NCBI GenBank assembly: GCA_026936335.1
Contig: JAPMXV010000025.1
Span: 1 to 64,000, forward strand
Source of the DNA: Mantamonas sphyraenae STR306
Lineage: Eukaryota; Protista; CRuMs
Length of the DNA stretch: 64,000 bases
Direction: 5' to 3'
The translations under genes and the position numbers were made by a program. Shown one piece after another: positions 23,401 to 35,484 of the stretch. The notes beneath the pieces were generated by a model that made no database searches, was not told the origin of the DNA, and was given only the letters and a program-made list of their open reading frames with translations. Numbering within the stretch: the first letter of the stretch is position 1; each line of letters starts with the position of its first letter.

Positions 23401-23605
23401 GAAGGACGAGGTCGTCATGGGCGCCGACGACTTTCTCCCCGTCTTTATTTACGTCCTCGTCAACAGCGACATCGAGGAGCCCTCCCTCCTCAGCGAGTAC
23501 CTCATGAACCTGTGCGACCCCACCGTCCTTCAGGGCGAGGAGGGCTACTACCTCACCACCTACCTATCTGTCCTCCACTTTCTCAAGAGCGAGGGCGAGG
23601 TCTGA
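20495..23605 (+). CDS. Calponin-homology + PH-like + VPS9 domain protein (putative Rab5-family GEF, ~910 aa). Model join(20495..20497,20575..20803,20916..21298,21484..23605) with frame break(s) at ~22207-22270
   Basis: CH domain DLFNW...DDFASGLRLCELLNSL...KVENVNLAIDFL...AMDVVEGDEKKVL. VPS9 motifs LPSQKI, GADDFLPVFIYVLV and GEEGYYLTT. Three phase-compatible GT-AG introns. Confidence 0.85.
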
Positions 23606-23773
23606 GCCTTGATCCCGTCAACCCTCCCACACCCCGGAGCGACAGACACGACACTGCAATACACCACACGCTTCCCTCCCCCCTCCCCCATTCCCACTCC
23701 CCAAATGCAAGCCCCCCCCAACCCAAACCTTCTCTCCGCCCTCCAACCTTCCAAACTTCCCCTCCCCAAAGAC

Positions 23774-26700
23774 ATGGACGTCCCCGACGACGAAACGCAC
23801 GACGACCTCGTGCTATCAGACACGGACGACCAGCCCATGGTACACACCGCCTGCCTGCATCCCCGACACACCCGCCACGACCCGTCCTCACACCCTCCGA
23901 TCCGAAACCTTCCACACACACACAGACCACTCTCTTCCCACATGCTTCACAGATCTTCCTCCTCGCCTCCTCCTTCCGCTACATCCAACACAACCAAGTC
24001 GTCCGCTGGACCCTCACCAACCTCTTTGGCGTTGTCGAGTCCCTGGACGAGCTCGACCTCCCACGCTTGGATGCACACACACAATTGCCCCTCCACCACG
24101 CTCTCAACGTCCATTCGGTCCACACAAACCTCCCTGACGTCTTTACCTTTGCCCACGGCAGTGCACAATCCGCATCTGGCGCCTCCGTCTCTGCCTCTGC
24201 CTCCTATGCAGCGTCAGACTCGGACAGCGACTCTGGCGCCTCCAGCGACACCGACGATTCGGACGACGACGACGACCAGTCCCACACGCGCAGCTCTCAC
24301 CGCGCCTCCTCCTCCTACCTCTCCTACGACGACGACGAAACAGAACCCGCTCACATGGGCATGCTCGTCCCGTCCACCCAGGTCCACACCCTCTACACAA
24401 GCTACCGCGTCGCCATGGTCATTGATCTCAGGTCGGTGGCTCCCGCTCTCATTTTGGCTCCTGCCCTTTTCTGCTCCCCTCTTCCTCAACCCGGTTCCCA
24501 CTGACCCCGTTGTCACCCACCCCACTTGTCCATACCTTGTATCTCTCCAGTCCCATTGCCAGAGTGCCCCCCCTCCAGCAGATTGTCCACACCTTGGCTC
24601 TGATGGCCCAGCCCATGTACATTCCCGGCACGCGCACGCGTTTCATCCCCACCATTCACGTCTCCATCATTGCACAGAGTACCCACGACGTCTACGTCCT
24701 CCTCCACGACTTTCTCCTCTCTCTGGACACCCTCGACGCCACCATGGCCTCCCTGTCCACTGCCTACGACGAGCTCCAGCTCCTCCATGCACGCGAGGTG
24801 CCCAGGCTCGACGCACGCGGCAAGGACACGTCCATCATGTCCTTCCTCCAGACGGGCATCTACACAGTCAACAGGATGCCTCTCGATGCATGCCCTCATA
24901 TCGTCCTCTTTACCCCGGCCCTCACCTGCGACATTGACCAGGCCACCCTCTACGACAACGTCATCATGCAGCTCAACCGCCAGAATGCACGCGTCTCCAT
25001 TGTACACACCCTCGACGCATACACTCCCAACCAAACTCTCGGCAACATTGCAGACACAGAACTCCTCTACTTTATTGCAGAGAGCCTCGACGGCGCCATG
25101 GTCGACAAGCCCAGCCTCGAGGCCATGTACAAACGCTGCTGCGCAGACACCAGCAACCACAACGACGACGACGACCATGATGACGACGACGACGACGACG
25201 ATTCCATCTCCACTCCAACCTATCCAAACTTTCTCCAGCTCGTCATGTTTATGCCTTCCACCACAATCAACAGCAAGGGCCTGCGCGAACACTCTACAAA
25301 CGCCCTCGTCGCAGAAGACAACCTCCCTCCGGACCAGCTCTTCCTCGACAGCAGTGTCCAAGTTGCCGCTGCCGCTGTCGCCGCTGCCTCAGCGTCGACC
25401 TCCACGTCGGCCAATGCCACCCAGGACAAACAGTCATCCGCCTCCACCTCCTCCTCCACCGCCTCGGCTTCTTCGGCCTCCTCCGTCTCCTCTGCATCCA
25501 CATCTTCTTCCACCTCCTCCATCATCAACAACCTGACGCCCGAGCAGCAGCAGGCCCTCCAAAACGACCTGGCAAACAGCATCAACGCAACCCTCGCCAT
25601 CAACAACCACTACCCGTGGTACGGACGCCCTCCACCCAACGCCGTCATGGCCACTCGTGTCGACCAGTATCGCATGCGTGCGGGCCTCCTCAACCTCCTC
25701 GACTCCCGCCTTTCCGAGGGGTTCCGCCTACGCCAGATGCGCATGAAGGAGCAGGACGCACGCAGCCCCACATACAGCCTGGAACTCGTCCTTTCCATGC
25801 GCTGGCACGCTCTCGTCGACATAGAGTACGTCATCAGCTGCGCGTGGTGCCGCGCAAGCAAAGACTTTTCCAAGGACACCCTCAACCGTCTGGCCACAAC
25901 CACTGCCAACGACGTCCAGTACGTCGACGTCCGCCTCGTCGCTCCCGTCGAGTTTCTCAAACACTTTCGTCACCAGAAGCCCGTCCGCAACACAAAGGCA
26001 GGCTACGACTACGACTCTCTCGCCGCAAAGCCTGCAGTCACCTCTGAGGCCCTCGCCACACGCCTCCACGTCTTTCTGCACACCCTCAACGAAAACGACA
26101 AGCTCTTGTGCTACCTCATTGCAATGCCCTTTTCCTGGGCCGCCGCAAGCGACGACATCGACCCGCACAAGGCGCGTGCCCAATTCAAGGAGCGCTGGCA
26201 GCTCCTCAACTCTCTCCGCTCCAGCGTTTGGTCGCGATGGTTCAAAACCGTCCGCACAGAGTTTGTCCTCCATCCCTTGTGTGCAAACCCGCTGCATCGC
26301 GACTCCCCGTCCCTCACCGTCCCGGCCTCCGAAGACGACAACGACGACGACAAACGCCGCTCTACACCCTCCATCAACCTGCGCCTCGATGTCGCCCAGG
26401 CCCTCCAGCCCTTCTCCGCCTACTGCCAAGAGTGGGCCTCGTTCAAGGCCGCAAATTCACCGCAGCCCCTTTACGTCAAGATTCTCCATCACCAGACCAC
26501 AGAGGATTCCTTCCAAGCGCACGCCACCCTCCCCACCTCTTTGCCCTCCTTCGCTTTGCCATGAAGACAGACACCATGGTCGCCATCGACATGGCCTTCT
26601 TCGGCGTCCACGCTGACCGCGTCGCGCTCGAAACAAGCCTTTTCCAAGCAGATCTCCAGCGCCTCAGCATCGGTCACATGCCACCCAGGCCCATATTCAC

Positions 26701-29700
26701 CGCCCTTGTACTTACTGAGAAGGACGCACAGGCCATCAGCCCCATGCTCTCTCCCAAGGATGCCGTTGGTGTGACCCCTTCCTCCACCCCCTCCGGGGGC
26801 TCTCGCTCGCAGGCCTCCAACTCCCTCACTGCTTCCTCCTCCTCTTCATCCTCTTCATCCTCGTCTGTCGCTGGCTCCACTTCGTCGACGGGCTCTTTGT
26901 CCAACACCACGTGGGCCAACTCCGTCGCCGCCGTTCCGTCCCCTGGTGTCCGCTCCATGGTCACACACCATCAGCACCACCCAGCCACAGCTCGCTGGAA
27001 TGTATGGGGCTCAGCAGATTTGCCCTCCAGTCCAACTGGCGCCGAGCCAGGGCACGCGTATGGCGCAGCCTGGGCCACTCCTGCAGAATCCTTGAGCAGC
27101 AACGTCATATCTGGCCGCGCCACGCGTCAGCTGCGTTTCATGCACATGATGCGCTCGCAGATGGAAAAGTCGCAGCAGCGCATCGACTTGGCCATGATGC
27201 AGGTCAACGTGCTCACATCGCCCCTCATCGGCAGCTTTGCAAACTCGTGGAGCATTGTGTACACCTTTGAGCAAGAGGGCACTTGCCGTGCAGCTCTTCA
27301 GATGCTGGCTCACAAGCGCCTCCACCAGGGCTTCTACATGATCGACAGCAACCTGCACTCGTTTGAACGCACCCTGAACCTCGGCCTTCCGTCTGGGCCC
27401 TCCCTCATTCAGGCCCTCCTCTACCGCCGCGACGTCCATCTCGTCGTCAGCTACCTTGTCGAGCCGCACGTGCCGCACCGCCGCCTCGCCAAGCATCTGA
27501 GCAGCATCGACACACAGATTGTCGCCACCTTGCACACCTTTGACACCATCAGCCAGGCCAGTATGACCCAGCAGCAGCAAGGTTACGCCACACGGCTCCA
27601 CTCGGCCTCTGTGCCTCCCATTGCGCAGGACCTGCGCTCCGCCGTCATGTCTGAAGTCGGCTCCCTCACAGAGTTTGCCAACTGGTTCAACGAAATCGAG
27701 CTGCGTTTGCAAACCCGCCCGGTCATTGGAAACCGAGATGTGCGTCGCCAGTACGCGCCCGTCATCATGCACTGGATCCTCAAGCTCGCCACACACATCC
27801 GCGCCAGCTTTGCCACCCTTTCGTTGCCTTTGGCCGTGGACGACCAGGACCAAGACCACGACCACGACCACGACCAAGCACAGGACCAGGAAACAACGCC
27901 GTCAACGCCCAAGCACGACGTCCATGCAGTTTCCCTCGTCGTGCCCCAGGCCTCCATAGACAGCCTGGAACAGCGTCAAGAGCAACGGCGCACATTCGCA
28001 GCGTTACCGAGCAGCAAAAAGGCCGCCATGGTCATGTCCATGCTGCAGCACAGCATGGAACACACCGCCACCATGTTGTGTGACATGCACCTCGAGAACG
28101 GCTTGTATGGCAAGCTGATTGCGCCCGAGCGCATCGTCTTGCTTCGCATCCGCGATGACCAGTGCATGGACTTTTACGAGTGCAGACGCAGTGATTTGGG
28201 GCCTGTCATGATGCGCAAGGATGCCACGACGTTGGAGGAGGACGCACGCAACTGGCCACACGCCTCGCACGCGTACGCCGCCCCAGACGTCGATCCGCTC
28301 CAGGTGCCGTGGAACACAGACCATGTGTTTGACCAGCTCGAGGACAACCTCAGCCACACCGCTCTGGCCTTTTACAACCAGGTGCGCTTTGTGCACGCCA
28401 TGCACCACGCCACTGCCGTCTTCAACAGCCTGGTCTCTGGCCTGCCCGTCTCTGCCGACGAGTTTGCAGAGGCCCGCAACGCCTGCGTCGAGGTCGCAGT
28501 GGAAATCGACCTGCGCTTTGTTGCCCACGAACTGTCCAAGCTGCGCGAGCACATGGAAGAGCACGATGTCCACGCCGCCCACCTCAGTATCCAACAGCGC
28601 TTCCAGGACATCCTCACCTCCATGTTTGCCATCGTGCCCTGCACCAAGGACACCGACGACCCGTACTTCTACTGCACCCAGCTGGCCAGTGTCGACGACG
28701 AGCTCGACTGGGGCTCCGACTCGGCCGCTGGACGCTGGACGCCTCACCGCAACGCAAGTTCTCGCGCAGACGAGGAGGACGAAGGCAACGCCTACATCCT
28801 CGAACGCTTCGACCACCTCATGGACAACGTCGCACGCATCCTCTCGCTCCTCGAAGAGGAGGACTCGGACTGTTCCCAGCTGTGGGGCAACGCATGGGGC
28901 TCCGCACAGCCCATGTTTTTGCGCCTCGAACACCTCTACTACGACCCCCTGTCCGAGAGCTTCACCGACGAGGAGGAGCAAGGCGAGGATGCAGACGAAC
29001 ACGACGAGGAAAACCAGGACGCCGGCGACGACGCCGCTGCTGCTGTGGACCAACTTCACTCGTCACGCACACCTGACGAAGACGGCGACCAAACAGACGA
29101 CGACCAAGACGGCGAAGGCGAAGAGGACGAAGACGAGGACGAGGAGGAGGAGGAAGAAGAATACGAGTACGAGTACATCATCTACGATTACCAGGGTGAG
29201 GAATTGCCGGACGTGGTGGTGGACGAGTTTGGCGTCGAGTACGACGTTCTCAGCGACGAAGACCTCAGCGAAAGTGACTACGACTTCAACGATATGCTGG
29301 AAGACGGACGGTTCGACAGCGACCCTGAGTACGACGACGAAACAGAGGAGGAGGATTCGGACGAGTTTGTCGATTCGGACGAGTACTCCACAGACGCAAG
29401 CAGCATGGACCTGTACGACGAGGACGAGGAAGAAGGGGACGAAGACACGGCAGAGGCAGGAAACGACGACGAAGGTTCAGAGTACGACTCGGAACAGGAT
29501 GGCACGTCTGTGGACAGCGGCGAGGAAGGGCTGATTCTGGAGGCTGTGCGTGGACCACGCACGATTCAAGAGGAATCTCTGGCCACGGTGGCTGTGGATC
29601 GCATGCCAACCGATGTGGACGTCGAACAAAGCACACTGCGCATTGTGTGTCTGACGACGCCCGCCAACTTGCAGCGTTGGAGCGTGTTCAAACACGCCGT

Positions 29701-32700
29701 GCGCATCCTCAATGTGTACAACAAGGTGGAGTACGAGCCGGGCGTGCAGATTCCGGATCCTCTTTACCCGTTGCCCAGCGTGGAGCCGCTTGCCGACTCG
29801 CTGCGCTGTGTGATGAACTCGTTCGAGTCGCAGGTGCACCAACTCATTGCAGACGAGCTGCTGAACAGGCTGCTGACCACGCGTCCTGTTGGACAGGCCG
29901 TCATGCGTGAGGTGATGCAGCACATCACAACGCTGAACGACACCAAGAGCAACCGCCTGAGCCGTACCAACATCGAGTTGCGCTTCACGCAAGAGGAACA
30001 GGCTGTCAATCTGTTTCCGCAGATGCTCGCTGCACACAACGACCTCGACCTGTGTCGTGTGGGCGAATACTTTGTGCACTGTCTGCCAAGCCCGTATGCT
30101 CTGCCCACGCCGCTGCATAGCACCCATGGCGTCCCCGACCACACCTGGATCATTTCCTACTGGCTGGTGCTCATCCTCAAGGGCGACTCGGTCGACGTGT
30201 ATCTGCACAGCGGCCACCTGGACGACAACCAACGAGCCCAAATCATGGGCACCACCACCGCGGCCATCCAGTCCGTCGTCAAGCGAGTCAACCAGGTCCT
30301 TCTGCTGCAGGAGCTGTACGAAACGCGTGTCTGCCCCGAGCTCCTGGTGCCCTCGCGCAATCCTACCGACACCCAGTCAGCCATGGACAGCGCAGATGGC
30401 GAGGTTGCAGATGTGCTGGGCACACCGGGCAGCGAACGAAGCACGTCGTCCAACACGGCCACCACTGCCGGATCGCCATCGACCACGTCTGGCGCCGCCG
30501 CAGATACGAGTGCAGACACGCCGTCCTCGGAGCAAGGGGTCGACAAGGCACATGTCACTGTGGTTGCTGCAGAGACCTCCTTTGAGTGCGACCGTGTGCA
30601 TCAGTTCCGCTTGCCAATCCACCCGCGCCACCATCCGGAGCAGCTCATGGCAGTGGCACAGCAGACGCTGCAGATGATGGCCGTCAGCAACAGACCAAAC
30701 ATGTTTGTGCACCGCGAAGGCATCTCGTCAAACATCTTTTACATGACGCTGCAGACTCGGCAGCGCCAGAGCGAGGACGAGGAAACCACAGACGAGAACG
30801 GCAGCGGCAGCGGCGCGGGGCACGGCAGCACGCCTGCGTCGCCCGCAGGCACATCTACAGTTGCTGTGGACCAGGGTGCAGACGAGGACGGCGAGAATGA
30901 GCTCGTGCTGGATGTGTACGGTGTGTTTGCCCCCGGACCGGAGATCACAGAGCAGCTGTACGAGCTTCTGGAAAACCGTGTGGCTGCAGTGACGCTGAGT
31001 GTTCTGTCCACCCTGCTGCTTCGCAACGCTCGTTTGCGCCTGTTTGAGTCGGACGTACGGTTCATTGTGCCAGATGACGCACACCCAGACCAGGGTGTGC
31101 GCATGTTGCTGCCTCCCTTGGTCACGGACATGCTCATCTTCATGACGTACTACCGCGTGGTGCTCCTGGAGTTTCTCAATCCGCTCAACTACGGGTACGG
31201 CTCGGTTGCGCATTCGACGCCCGGCCATGCCAGCACGCCACAGGAGTTTGCCTTTGTGTACAACCATGTGGCCACACCCGACGCCAGTGCCATTGCAAAC
31301 ACCATTGGCACAGGGCTTGCTGTCATTTGCCTGGTCGTGCGCGACCGCCAAGGACGTGTCATCCACAACGTGGAGGCCTCGCTTGCCGACGAGACGGCCG
31401 AGCAATGGAACCGCGAATGGGATTTGTCTCCGCTGCAGCAAGCCCCGGAAGAGGAGCTTCAAGTGGAACTGGGCGACCCACACGAAGAGTTGGACGAAGC
31501 AAGGGATGCATTCAGCATCGACGCGCTGGTGTGGATGCGCGGCAGCGGACAAGCAAACGAAGTTGTGCAGGCGCTGGTACGTGAGTGCAACCGGTGTCTG
31601 TGCGAGTATGTCATTGAAACGAAGCTGCTGCTGCAGAACACGGCGTTTGAAGACACGCCGCGGCAGCTGTACGGACCGCTGGGCAAGGTGTTGGAGCGTG
31701 CACACACGCTCAAGGGCACCACTGTGTCCAGGCAACAGCACGCCCATGAACTTCCCTTCTGGGGCGTTGGGCCCTTTATCCAGGAGACGGTGGACATTGT
31801 CAGCAACGTGTATCCGTCGCTGCGCAGCAGTGCATACGTCATCGACAACGACCAGATTGCCCCGTATGCCTGGCAGCCCAACATGCCTGTCCAGGTCAAC
31901 ACGAGCAACAACAAGCGAGGCATCAGCTTTGTGGTCACAAGTGTCCAGGCCAAACTCAACTCGGACAAGCTGCGTGTCAGCCAGGAGGACCACGAAAGCG
32001 GAGAGGACGCGGCCTCGGTGCCGCCCGAGGACGGCATCGCTCCCGCTCAACAGCTCAGTGTCAAACTGCCCGGATACAACCTGGGCGATGTCACACAGGC
32101 CATCTACGAGCGCGACGCCATGTTGTACCACCTGTCGCACTCACCCAACCGACGCGTGTCCATTGCCCGACGCTCTCTCTTCTTCCTGGAGATCCAAAAC
32201 TGGAAGCTGGTGGCGTACGGATACAACTGGGCGCCGCACACGTGGCAGGCCTTCCAGGACGACTTTCAACGCATGTGGCTGTGGGTCAAGCTGCGCAAGG
32301 ACATCATGGACAACCTGCTGCTGCAAAAGATGGGCATCCTGTACCAGGCGCGCTCGTTGGAGCTGCCCAGGACCTACTCGCAGGCTCACATCAGCGCCCT
32401 GTTGCCCACACTGCCCGACGCACGCCCGGGTCAGCCTGTCACCGTGGCAATGCTTGACGCCATTGCCAACCAGGTCACCAGCCTGCCCATGCGACACCAG
32501 CAACGTCGCACGACCAACACGAAAAGGGGTAGTCCCCAGCCACACGACACCCAGCAACAACAACAACAGCAACAGCGTGACCGCACCGTCAGCGCAGGCA
32601 GCACAGGAGGCGACGCCACAGCATCCTCCGCAGCCACACCTGCATCTGCTACCACGGCTACCACGGCCTCTGCCACAGAAGGCAAGAAAGCAACCAAGGA

Positions 32701-35346
32701 GACGGAGCCGACACCTGTTGTGCCTGTGACAGTGGCCGCGCCTGCCCCTGTGGTCGTGCGTCCCTTTTCTCGCACGCTGCCCTTTAACCGCTTCAAACAG
32801 TCGCGACCCACGCCACCCAACACAGGTTCAGCCGCCGCAGACAAGGCGTCGTCGTCCTCCTCGTCGTCCTCATCCTCATCATCGTCTTCCTCACCCTCCT
32901 CGTCGTCTGCCTCGCGACGCAACCTGAACAAGGTCAACGTGACGCCGCAGAAACAACCGCGAGCGGTGGGTGCACGCAGCAAACTGAGCAGTGGCGAACA
33001 GGCGCTGTTGGATGCAGGCACGGCCTCGCGTGCCGATGGTGTGTTTCCACCGAACGAACTGCTGGTTTCGCACGCCCTCCGTGGCATCACAGTGGATAGC
33101 AGACACCGCGTGTTGGCGCTGGCGGCCTCCCACCTGCTGTACGGTGATCCTGTGCAGCGCCACACACGTGCGCTGGAGCTTGCGGTCCACAACCAGTGGA
33201 AGGAAGCCCAACGCCAGAACTATCTCAAGATGATGCGTGCTCGCCTGCAACCCACCGTCAACGTCACCCAGCCTGCCTTTGTGTCTGTCGAAGCCCTTCA
33301 GGACGTCCTTGACATGTCACGTCTCCTCCACTACCGTCGCATCCCGCTCTTTATGAACCACCTGCGCGCGATCTCTCTCGCACCGGAGGGTGCCACTGCC
33401 ACTGCCCAGTCCATGTCCTCGTCCGCCAGTGGCTCCTCGGCCTCCTCTTCTTCTTCCTCCGTCCGTCGTCGCCCTCGTCGCCCAACTCCTCCTCGTCCCT
33501 GGCTGGTTCGCCACGAGGAGTTGCAGACGAATCGTTGGAACGAAGGAAGAACGAGCTGCGTGCTCACCAGATCAAACTCTACGATCGCTTGCTCAAGGCC
33601 TTTCGCGACGAGTATCTGGTGTACCTCAAGTCGCTGGGCATCCAGCTGGTGTCTCTGAGCAAGGCCGAGAAGGAGGGCGAGTGGACCAACGAACGCACAC
33701 GCCGTGCACAGTCGCGCAACAGCAGAGAGCTGCAAACCCTGTCGTCCAGCCTGGCACCCGCGTCCCTGGGTGAGTCCATGGTCATGGTCGGTGACAAGGA
33801 GACCATCAAGCTCAACACGGGCAAGGTGTACCTGCAGAAAATCTTTCCTGGCGGCATGCTGCTCATCGAACAGGGCTTCCACGGCACCTATGCCTGCTGC
33901 AACATCTACGTCATCCCGCAGCCCACGCGTGTTGGCCTCAACGCACGCCGTGCACGCGACGGCGACCACAGCTTGCAGAAGCTGCGCGTTTTCATCGAAA
34001 AGTGTGCCAACATTCGTCACCTGATGCGTCTCAACTCGTTTGTGTACGATTTTCATGTGCGCGTCTTTCACGACTTTCTGCAGAACCCACAGGTGGCATA
34101 TCCGGCGTTTGACTTTCGCGAGTGCCTCCTGCAACTCGTCAACTTCTACCGCACCAAGCAGCCTCGCTACGTGCGCAACCGCGTGGTCAGCGAACAGCTT
34201 GCCGTCAAGTTTGAGCTCACTCGCGTGTCGGCCACCGACTTTTTCACGTACATCACCGAACACGCTCAGCGCTACCTCGGCTTTGACAACCTGCGCCACC
34301 GTGGCATCCAGAGCACCATCTTCCAGTGTGCCAACTGGGAGCAGATGCTCGAATGGGAGTCCCGTTGTGGTCCTATGCTCTCGCCCGACGGGGCTTTCTT
34401 CATGGACACCCAGGAGCGTGGCGACGTGCGCGACAACGCTCGTCGTGCCGCTCACGACCCGTTCCGGTATGCCATTGTGGCCTTTCTGGCCAAGGAAGCC
34501 AGCCAGGACGACGACTTGCAGATCCAACTGGTTGTGATGCGCACCAACGCAGAGACGGTGATGCCTCTGGTCGACCGCAAGCAGGACGAAGTGTGGAAGG
34601 GAGCCGAGAGTTCGCCCGAGGAGGGCTCACCTGAGGCTGCCTACGACGAAGGGGACTACCCCATCATCCGCGATGTGGTCGATAAGGCCAAACTCTACCT
34701 TATGGAGGTCATTGGACGCGCCAAGAAGCACTATCAACGCGACGAGTTGTGGACCAAGATCTTGACCTGCAACGCACCCAGTGCCCGAGACGACATTGTC
34801 GTGCGCAAGCGCCTGGGCCAAGGGGGCATGATGTTCCACTCGGCCACCATCATCGAAGACTACCAGGGCGAACGAGCAAAGATGCCGTCTGTGGGACCCG
34901 GAGACGCAGAGGCCGAGGAGGAGCATCGTCTGCTGGCGGATTCGGATCAAGGCCTGGAGTTGCAGGACATGCGTTCATTGCTCCATTTGTGCGACAGTCG
35001 CCCATTGGAAGACGCGGACGACCGACTCTCGGCACTCTTCCAGCTCTCCATCGACTGGCGCGCGCTCCTCGCACACATTGTGCGCATGTACAGGCAGGAC
35101 ACGCGTGTGTTCCGTTTCGAGGACAGCTGGCACTTTGCCGTGTTCCACCACACAAACACCGATGTCATGATCTACACCCAATACCAAGACGAGGACGGGG
35201 CCGTGCCGAGCATCTTCCTCTGCCGCCGCGACAACCGCAACAGCGAAGAGGAGCTTCCCGATTCCATTCTGAGCGCCTTTGAATCCAAGCACGTGTCTGA
35301 TTTCATGCAATGTGTCCTCGGATTCCTGTGGCGAGGCAGTGCGTGA
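23774..35346 (+). CDS. SZT2: KICSTOR scaffold SZT2-like protein (~3790 aa). Model join(23774..23839,23926..24431,24551..35346) with apparent indels at ~26541 and ~33460
   Basis: ASQIFLL at the N-terminus, VIDLSP after splicing, LGNIADTELLYFIA, RLSEGFRL, RLHQGF, RVNQVLLLQELYETRVCPELLVP, MAVSNRPNMFV..NIFYMTL, LDVYGV..PGPEITEQL, TLLLRNARLRL..DVRFI, SFVYDFHVR and YQRDELW. Size fits SZT2. Confidence 0.88.
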
Positions 35347-35484
35347 GCAGAGCGAGGGGGAAGAACAGATTCCATTTCGTTCCTCCACGCTGTCCCTCCC
35401 TTTTCTTCACTTCTTCACGTTCCCTCCTCTCTTGTTGCTGCCTTTGTTGTTGTTTCGTGTCGTGCCGCATGTTGTCTCCAGAGC

